Made by a program: the position numbers and the translations under genes. Positions 57,210 to 64,000 of a stretch of DNA of 64,000 nt are shown here, piece by piece. This DNA is from Acidobacteriota bacterium (GTDB taxonomy: Bacteria > Acidobacteriota > CAIWXX01), in NCBI GenBank assembly GCA_040755995.1, contig JBFMAF010000021.1, forward strand, positions 1 to 64,000, given 5' to 3'. Numbering within the stretch: position 1 is the stretch's first letter; every line of letters begins with the position of its first letter. The notes under the pieces were generated by a model. The model had not been told where the DNA came from and ran no database searches. It saw only the letters and a program-made list of their open reading frames with translations.

Positions 57210-60137
57210 ATGAGGGGTTCAATGAAGAACAGTCTGCTGATGGTCATTGCGACCATGCTTTTCGCCTGCCCGCTGGTATTCGGCCAGGCGGACACTGGCA
57301 CGATCGAAGGCATCGTGACGGATACCGAGGGCGGGGTGATCCCTGGGGCCACAGTCACGGGCAAGAACGTTGCCACGGGCATGACCCGTATCGACACGAC
57401 ATCCATCAACGGCGGCTTCAGGCTTTCGGCGATGCCGCCGGGCGTGTACAACGTGACGGTCGAGTTGGCGGGCTTCGCCACGGTGATTCATGAGAACGTG
57501 ACGGTGAACGTCGGCAAGTCCATAGATCTCGACTTCCAGCTGACTGCTGCGAAGGTGGCCGAGACAGTGACGGTCACAGCCGAGGCGCCGTTGGTGGAAT
57601 CGACCGAGTCGGATCTCTCCACGATCGTCAACGAGAAGCTCATTTCGAACCTCCCGTTGAACGGCCGCAAGTTCCAAGATCTCGCGCTGATGGCGCCGGG
57701 CGTCAGGACTGGCAACTACTACGATCCGACTAAGACCGAGATCGGCGGTACGTCGATGGGCGGCCAGCAGGGCCGCACGACCTTCTTCTCGATCGACGGC
57801 GGTGACGACCGCGACACGGTAGTTGGCGGCCTGCTCCAGCAGTACCCGCAGGAGGCCATTCAGGAGTACGAGGTCACGACACAGCGGTTCAAGGCCGAGT
57901 ATGGCCGATCGCCGCAAGGTGTGGTGAGCGTTGTCACCAAGAGCGGGACCAACGAATTCTCGGGCAGCATCTTTGGCTTTTTCCGCGATGACTCGCTGAA
58001 CTCGAACAACTATTTCAACGAGAAGGTCCGAATCCAGGGGGAGGACATCGACCGTCCTGACGATCCCAGTGATCCGAACCACAAGCGCGAGAAGCCCCCG
58101 TTCAGCCAGCAGATGTACGGTGGATCGTTCGGCGGCCCGATCGCGCAGGACAAGGCGTTCTTCTTCGCCACCTACGAGCACAACACGCGCAACGACTACA
58201 CGACGATCGATACCGGCGGACGTCTCCCGAGCGAGGAAGGGAACTTCGCGAAGCCGTTCAAGAACGACATGGTAGTTGCCAAGGCGAACTTCAACATCTC
58301 GTCCGACAACAACATGTACGTGCGCTACGGCATGGAGAACAACAAGCGCGACCACGACTTCATCGGCGGCAACACGCTGAAGAACTCGGGAGCCAAGAAC
58401 ACCAACAAGTTCCACTCAGTTCTGGCTGCGGACACGTGGGTGCTGTCGGCGGACAAGCTGAACGAGATCCACTTCCAGTACTCGTACTTCAAGAACGACA
58501 TCCGGGCGGAGCGGAGCGACTTGCCGGCGATCGTCCTGCCGTCGTACAACTTCGGCGCAAATCTCAACACGCCGCAGCAGACGATCCAGAAGCGCTACCA
58601 GATCCGAGACGATTTCTCGATGAGGAAGACGGGGTGGATGGGCGATCACGACATGAAGATCGGGGTGGAGATCATCCGGACGCACTTCGGCGGGTTCTTC
58701 GTCCCGACGTTGTACGGCGTATTCCGGTACGACACGGATGACTACCAGAACGCGCAGGCAACCTCGTTCAGCGGCTCGGCCTCACTCTACAGCTTGGAGG
58801 AAGGCGGAGGCGGCGCCAACGAGAACTGGCATTACTTCGCCGGCTACTACCAGGATGACTGGAAGGTCAGCAACAAGCTCACGATCAATGCCGGCCTGCG
58901 GTATGAAGTCGAGTTCGGGCCGTTCGAGTACCGGAATGCGACCAAGCCAGGCGACCTGGTCAACTCGCTGGGGCCCGGCACTGGGCTCACGCCGACATCC
59001 GATCGCAAGACCGACACCAACAATCTCGGCCCCCGCATCGGGTTCGCTTATGACGTGGCAGGCGATGCAAAGACGGTCATTCGCGGCGGCTACGGCTTGT
59101 ACTACGACGAGCTCTTCCAGAACATCACGTTGTACGAAGGCTGGATGAACTACAACAACCCGACGCAGTTCGTCAGCTTCGCGAACCCCGACTTCACGCC
59201 CGAGGACTACATCAAGAACAAGGACTACTACCGCAGGATCTGGTTCACGCCCGACTGGACCGGCCAGGTCCTGAGGATGACCGAGAACAGCTTGGTGCAA
59301 CCATACAGCCAGCAGTTCTCCATCGGCGCCTCCAGGCAGCTCACCGACCGGGTGGCGTTCGACGCAGATTACGTGCACGTGCTGAGCCTGGATGAAGTCC
59401 ATCGCCGGGTGGTCAACGGCGGCAACGCCAGGGCCGGCTACGCAGACCGGAGCACTGCGATCATGTGGCCCGATTACGGCCCGATCTACCTCGAGGGCAA
59501 CCGCGGTCACTCCATGTACGACGCTCTGCAAGTGGCGATGCGCGCCCGCTACAGCAAGATGTCCCTGCAAGCGTCGTACGCCTACAGCAAGGCGAAGAAC
59601 ATCGCGAACGACTTCAATACGCAGCCGAGCAATCAGAACGACTGGGAAGCCGACTGGGGCTACGCGCCTAACGACCAGACCCATGTCTTCGCGCTTGGCG
59701 GCGTATTCGCCCTGCCTTGGGATTTCCAGGTGAGCTCGGTCGTCGCAGCGCGCAGTGGCAAGCCTTTCAACACGCGCGCAGGGCAGAACCTGGACAATCA
59801 GGGAGGCAGCGGCGCTGACAGGCCAACGCCGGGGGTCACCGTGCTGCCCGATGGGTCGATCTACAGCGGTACCGCCGATCGCAATGCCAATCGGGCTAGC
59901 AACTTCATCAGCTTGGACTTCCGAGTTTCGAAGATCTTCAGGCTGGGGGACCGCGCTGGCATCGAGGCGCTGTTCGAGGTGTTCAACCTGACGAACCACG
60001 CGAACTTCGACGTGGACAACTACATCACGAGCATCCGCTCCAGCGCGGACGCCAGCACACTGACCAACGGCTTCGGCGATCCGACTAACGCCTTCGCACC
60101 GCGCCAGGCGCAGTTCGGCTTGAAGTTCACCTTCTAG
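57210..60137 (+). CDS. TonB-dependent receptor, Oar-like
   Basis: Signal peptide, ETVTVTAEAP, LPLNGRKF, TKSGTN, GPRIGFAYD, terminal FGLKFTF. Confidence 0.94.
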   Translation: MRGSMKNSLLMVIATMLFACPLVFGQADTGTIEGIVTDTEGGVIPGATVTGKNVATGMTRIDTTSINGGFRLSAMPPGVYNVTVELAGFATVIHENVTVNVGKSIDLDFQLTAAKVAETVTVTAEAPLVESTESDLSTIVNEKLISNLPLNGRKFQDLALMAPGVRTGNYYDPTKTEIGGTSMGGQQGRTTFFSIDGGDDRDTVVGGLLQQYPQEAIQEYEVTTQRFKAEYGRSPQGVVSVVTKSGTNEFSGSIFGFFRDDSLNSNNYFNEKVRIQGEDIDRPDDPSDPNHKREKPPFSQQMYGGSFGGPIAQDKAFFFATYEHNTRNDYTTIDTGGRLPSEEGNFAKPFKNDMVVAKANFNISSDNNMYVRYGMENNKRDHDFIGGNTLKNSGAKNTNKFHSVLAADTWVLSADKLNEIHFQYSYFKNDIRAERSDLPAIVLPSYNFGANLNTPQQTIQKRYQIRDDFSMRKTGWMGDHDMKIGVEIIRTHFGGFFVPTLYGVFRYDTDDYQNAQATSFSGSASLYSLEEGGGGANENWHYFAGYYQDDWKVSNKLTINAGLRYEVEFGPFEYRNATKPGDLVNSLGPGTGLTPTSDRKTDTNNLGPRIGFAYDVAGDAKTVIRGGYGLYYDELFQNITLYEGWMNYNNPTQFVSFANPDFTPEDYIKNKDYYRRIWFTPDWTGQVLRMTENSLVQPYSQQFSIGASRQLTDRVAFDADYVHVLSLDEVHRRVVNGGNARAGYADRSTAIMWPDYGPIYLEGNRGHSMYDALQVAMRARYSKMSLQASYAYSKAKNIANDFNTQPSNQNDWEADWGYAPNDQTHVFALGGVFALPWDFQVSSVVAARSGKPFNTRAGQNLDNQGGSGADRPTPGVTVLPDGSIYSGTADRNANRASNFISLDFRVSKIFRLGDRAGIEALFEVFNLTNHANFDVDNYITSIRSSADASTLTNGFGDPTNAFAPRQAQFGLKFTF

Positions 60138-60150
60138 CCAGCGGTACTAC

Positions 60151-60184
60151 AAGGGCGGCTCCGAAAGGGGCCGCCCTTTTTCTT
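60151..60184 (+). terminator. Rho-independent terminator
   Basis: AAGGGCGGCTCC-GAAA-GGGGCCGCCCTT followed by a T-tract. Confidence 0.9.
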
Positions 60185-60606
60185 GTGTGCCTCATCGCGT
60201 CGAGGTGGAGATTCGTGGGGAGAGACTCTAGAACTTGCTCGTCGCACCCAGGGCTGCGATTGATCTCTCGAGAGATCCGTCCGTCCTTGCACTGGAGGAC
60301 GGCCGCGCAGTCGATGTGAGACTCGGTCCCTGCAACGCGCAGACATGCGGGATCGAGGCCGGTGCTCAGGAGGGCACCAGGCTGAGGGCAGTGCGATGAG
60401 AGTGAGACTATCCGTTGGCCGGAGCGGAGGAATCGCGCTCGTCGGGCTCCTCATCGCGGCCGGCGTATCCCGCGTACCGCGCTGCGCGGCTCGATCCGGT
60501 CGAGGCGCTCGGGTACGAGTAGCGCACGCGGCGCTTGTGGGGCTTCCAGACGGGTGGATGTCGCCACACTCACTCGCTCGCGCTGCTGACAAACGTGACC
60601 GAGTGT

Positions 60607-60637
60607 GTTACACTCGCCGTGTAACCAGGGGTGTAAC
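60607..60637. promoter_or_regulatory. Putative TA autoregulatory operator
   Basis: GTTACAC-N5-GTGTAAC-N5-GTGTAAC just before the antitoxin ATG. Confidence 0.6.
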
Positions 60638-60640
60638 GCA

Positions 60641-60895
60641 ATGAGCACAATCAAGACCGGGATATCGATCGACAGGGTTCTGTTCGACAGGGCCAACCAG
60701 ACCGCTCGTGATTTGAAACTCAGCAGGAGTATGCTGTTCTCGCGGGCCGTCACTGAGTTTATTGAGCGAAGGCAGAACAGGAAGCTGCTCGATGAGCTCA
60801 ACAAGGCCTATGCTGACGGCCCGAGCGAAGAGGAGCGGCGAATCCAGAACGCAATGCGAAAGCACCATAGACGGCTGGTGGAGGGCTCCTGGTGA
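60641..60895 (+). CDS. Ribbon-helix-helix antitoxin
   Basis: KTGISID...LSRSMLFSRAV; GTGA overlap with the toxin gene. Confidence 0.85.
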   Translation: MSTIKTGISIDRVLFDRANQTARDLKLSRSMLFSRAVTEFIERRQNRKLLDELNKAYADGPSEEERRIQNAMRKHHRRLVEGSW

Positions 60896-61245
60896 TCAGG
60901 CAGGGCGATATCTATTGGGTCGAGTTGGCCGAGCCGTCAGGCTCGGAGCCAGGCTACCGCCATCCGCACGTCGTCATCCAGAACAACGTGTTCAATGCCA
61001 GCAGGATAAGCACGGTCATGACCTGCGCGCTGACGTCCAACCTGAAGCTCGCGCAGGTGGGTGGAAACGTGCTGCTCAGGCATGCCGAGGGCAACCTACC
61101 GAAGCGCAGAGTCGTTAATGTCTCCCAGGTATACACCGTCGACAGCAGCCGGCTGCTCAAACGAATTGGCGGGCTGACTGGTGACCGGATGAGAGAGGTG
61201 ATCGAGGGAGTCCGGGGCGTCATTGAGCCGAAGGAGCCGGGCTAG
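60892..61245 (+). CDS. mazF: PemK/MazF-family endoribonuclease toxin
   Basis: QGDIYWV, GSEPGYRHPHVVIQNN, LTSN, NVSQVYTVD. Confidence 0.92.
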   Translation: MIRQGDIYWVELAEPSGSEPGYRHPHVVIQNNVFNASRISTVMTCALTSNLKLAQVGGNVLLRHAEGNLPKRRVVNVSQVYTVDSSRLLKRIGGLTGDRMREVIEGVRGVIEPKEPG

Positions 61246-61348
61246 CGGGCCGGTTGCCCAAGGTATGTTCTCAGCGAAGCAGGGTTCTTACGGCGCGTGA
61301 GATGGTCCAGTTCTCATCGATGAGGCCGACTGGCAGCGGAAGGACCCG

Positions 61349-62095
61349 ATGACACCCGTGCAGACACTCGATCTACCCGAGACAGAGGTCCACGTCTGGT
61401 GGGCACGAACGGATCCGGCTCCGTCTGGAGCTGCCACTCAGCGACTGCTGGCGATCCTGGATGCCAACGAGCGGGCCCGATACGCGCGCTTTCATTTCGA
61501 GAAGGACCGTGTACTGCACCTCTGCGCGCATGCGCTGCTGCGTGTGCTTTGCAGCCGCTACTGCGGTGGAGCTCCCGAGTCGCATCGTTTCCTGGCTGGG
61601 GAACACGGCCGGCCGTACTCTGAAGGCACGGGCTTCGACTTCAACCTCTCCCACACTCGCGGTCTCGTGGCGTGTGGGTTCGTCCGCGGTGGGCGCGTGG
61701 GCGTCGACGTCGAGTCGATAGACAGGCGTTCCGAATGGAGGCAGCTCATCGGGCGGGTGATGGCTCCGGGCGAGCAGGCTCGGTTCGGCGACGCGCCCGA
61801 GGCGTTCCGGCCGCTCTTCTTCGAGTACTGGACGGTGAAGGAGGCCATTGCGAAGGCGTGGGGAACCGGGTTGGGGACCGACTTCCGCGGCCTCGAGATC
61901 AGCATCCAGGGTGGCACCCCGCAGTTCGTGCACGGGCCCTCAGAGCTCCCGCGCCCGGTGCTCCTGCACCTGGAGGCACTGGACCAACACCGCCTCGCTG
62001 TGGCTGCGACGGCCACCGCCGATTCAGACCGGTCGCGCGCGGTAACAGTTCGTGAGTTTCCGCTGTCCTGGGAGAGCATGAGTCTGGACTGGTAG
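61349..62095 (+). CDS. Sfp-type 4'-phosphopantetheinyl transferase
   Basis: HGRP, FNLSHT, VGVDVE, WTVKEAIAKAWGTGL. Confidence 0.92.
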   Translation: MTPVQTLDLPETEVHVWWARTDPAPSGAATQRLLAILDANERARYARFHFEKDRVLHLCAHALLRVLCSRYCGGAPESHRFLAGEHGRPYSEGTGFDFNLSHTRGLVACGFVRGGRVGVDVESIDRRSEWRQLIGRVMAPGEQARFGDAPEAFRPLFFEYWTVKEAIAKAWGTGLGTDFRGLEISIQGGTPQFVHGPSELPRPVLLHLEALDQHRLAVAATATADSDRSRAVTVREFPLSWESMSLDW

Positions 62096-62262
62096 GGAGG
62101 CTCCGCGGCAGACCGGCCGGCTCCTGCCGTCCGAGGGTCCGGTCAGAGGCGGGTACGGGTACGGCTGCGGAAGGGGGAGGGGGAGCGAGTGAAGTGCGGA
62201 TGATGGCGATGCTGTGCTACGATAGGAGCTCGGTATCGGGGTTGGGCTGCGAGGAGGCGCGA

Positions 62263-63183
62263 ATGACGCAAGTCAAGGTGCATGAGGTCGGGTTGCGGGA
62301 CGGGCTGCAGATCGAGAAGCATACCGTTCCGACCGAGTCGAAGGTTCGCTGGGCGGAGGCGCTCATCGAGGCCAAGGTCGATGTGATTCAGCTGGGGTCT
62401 TTTGTGAACCCGGCGAAAGTACCGCAGATGGCTGACACCGAGCAGCTTTTCGCGCATTTCTCCAAGCTGGGCACAAATCGCGCCGTATTGTCCGGGCTTG
62501 TGTTGAACGAGAAGGGTCTGGACCGAGGGTTGGCGTGCGGCGTCGAGATGTTCTGCATGGGAGTCTCGGCGAGCGAAACGCACAGCCGCAAGAACGTCGG
62601 CGCCGGGACGGAGGAGGCGGTGCTGCAGATCGTGCCGATGGCGAAGAAGGCCATGGCAGCCCACAAGCGGGTTCAGGCGTCAGTCCAGTCGGCCTTCGGG
62701 TGCGGCTTCGAAGGTGCGATTCCGGCCGAGCGGGTCCTCAAGATCGTCAAGATGTACCTCGACGCCGGTGTCCGCAACATCAGCCTGGCCGACACGGCCG
62801 GTCACGCGAATCCAGCGCAGGTGGAGGCGCTATTCGCGGCCATACGCGACCTGGATTCGCAGGTCGAGCTGGCCGCTCATTTCCACAACACATACGCGCT
62901 CGGCCTGGCGAACTGCTGCGTGGCGATGAAGTCCGGCGTGACGTATATCGAGACGGCCTTCGGCGGCCTCGGCGGCTGCCCGTTCACCAAGGTGGCTGCC
63001 GGGAACGTGTGCACCGAGGATTTCGTGCACACGCTGCAGCGCATGGGGCTACGAACGGATATCCGGCTCTCGTCGCTCATCGACGTGGCTCGGGACGTGG
63101 GCCAGGTCCTCGGCCGGGAATTACCTGGATTCATTCTCAGGGCCGGCTCAATAGTCGACTTCAAGAGGCCGGCAAAGGAGTAG
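62263..63183 (+). CDS. Hydroxymethylglutaryl-CoA lyase
   Basis: EVGLRDGLQ, SFVNP..VPQMAD, LADTAG, HFHNT, GGLGGCPF...GNVCTED. Confidence 0.9.
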   Translation: MTQVKVHEVGLRDGLQIEKHTVPTESKVRWAEALIEAKVDVIQLGSFVNPAKVPQMADTEQLFAHFSKLGTNRAVLSGLVLNEKGLDRGLACGVEMFCMGVSASETHSRKNVGAGTEEAVLQIVPMAKKAMAAHKRVQASVQSAFGCGFEGAIPAERVLKIVKMYLDAGVRNISLADTAGHANPAQVEALFAAIRDLDSQVELAAHFHNTYALGLANCCVAMKSGVTYIETAFGGLGGCPFTKVAAGNVCTEDFVHTLQRMGLRTDIRLSSLIDVARDVGQVLGRELPGFILRAGSIVDFKRPAKE

Positions 63184-63189
63184 AACTGC

Positions 63190-64000
63190 ATGAAATTGCT
63201 CGAGAACGTCAAAGTCATCGACATGACGAATGTCCTGGCTGGGCCGTTCTGCACGGTGCACCTGTCGCTGCTTGGTGCTGAGGTCATCAAGATCGAGAAT
63301 CCGGACGGAGGGGACCTCGCCCGCAAGCTCGGCAACGTCCCGAAGCTGAACAAGGAGCTGATGGGGACGAGCTTCCTGGCGCAGAATGCTAACAAGAAGT
63401 CGATCACGTTGAATCTGAAGATCGAGGATGCCAAGGAGGTCTTCCGCAAGCTGGTGAAGAATTCCGACATAATCGTGGAAAACTTCCGCCCGGGCGTGAT
63501 GGATCGCATGGGCTTTTCATACAAGGCGCTCTGCGAGATCAACCCTCGCATCATCTATTGTGCTATCTCGGGGTTCGGACAGACCGGTCCGGATGCGTTC
63601 AAGCCGGCATACGACCAGATCATCCAGGGGCTCAGCGGTGTGATGGCTATCAACGGTGATGAGCGCCTGAATCCGCTCCGCTGCGGGTTCCCTGTGTGCG
63701 ACACCGTCGGCGGCCTGAACGCGGCCTTCGCCATCATGGCGGCCATGTATCATCGCGAGAGAACGGGCGAGGGACAGTTCATCGACATCGCCATGTTGGA
63801 TTCGATCATGCCGCTCATGGGATGGGTGGCGGCCAACTGGCTCATCGGCGGCAAGCCTCCGGTGCTCCTCGGCAACGACAACTTCACAGCGGCTCCTTCG
63901 GGCGTGTTCGTGACGAAGGACGGCTATATCAATATCGCAGCCAATCAGCAGAAGCAGTGGGAGGACCTGGCCGATATCCTCGGCGTGCCCGAGCTCAAGA
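63190..64000 (+). CDS. Family III CoA-transferase (CaiB/BaiF), truncated by the window end
   Basis: MKLLENVKVIDMTNVLAGPFC...GAEVIKIE...ENFRPG...SGFGQTGP...AYD; open to the window end. Confidence 0.9.
   Translation, partial: MKLLENVKVIDMTNVLAGPFCTVHLSLLGAEVIKIENPDGGDLARKLGNVPKLNKELMGTSFLAQNANKKSITLNLKIEDAKEVFRKLVKNSDIIVENFRPGVMDRMGFSYKALCEINPRIIYCAISGFGQTGPDAFKPAYDQIIQGLSGVMAINGDERLNPLRCGFPVCDTVGGLNAAFAIMAAMYHRERTGEGQFIDIAMLDSIMPLMGWVAANWLIGGKPPVLLGNDNFTAAPSGVFVTKDGYINIAANQQKQWEDLADILGVPELK

Noticed and set aside
60185..60600. ORFs between the terminator and the TA module
   Set aside because: Low-complexity Arg/Ala-rich translations on both strands with no family signal

Overview
High-GC bacterial chromosomal window. 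Gene content suggests an Acidobacteriota-like diderm (Oar-type TonB receptors, GspG-like pilin, alpha-2-macroglobulin/PbpC); this taxonomy is inferred. Housekeeping and envelope blocks: cysE, mtnA, tsaD, tRNA-Glu(CTC), A2M-pbpC, a TetR-controlled beta-oxidation operon, ggt, tRNA-Arg(CCG), HMG-CoA lyase and a family III CoA-transferase. These flank an accessory region of about 15-43 kb. Its first part (about 15.1-27.3 kb) looks like a defence island. It holds (i) a coupled three-gene operon I cannot assign to a known system: small helical protein, HExxH metalloprotease-like protein and a variant dUTPase-fold dCTP deaminase; (ii) a divergently transcribed type I R-M locus with a frameshifted hsdM, an HTH-ImmA/IrrE protease gene between hsdS and hsdR, and an HsdR fused to a LexA-like S24 domain with intact catalytic and cleavage motifs; (iii) a DUF3800-like gene. 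Other oddities: a signal-less LysM plus papain-like peptidase with a small partner that resembles Csm2/Cas11 by eye, a TolB-propeller/Ig membrane protein of unusual predicted topology, an FHA-fused degenerate sigma54 activator, three consensus sigma54 promoters and two type II TA modules. I saw no CRISPR array, integrase or transposase. All family calls come from motif recognition by eye, without database searches.
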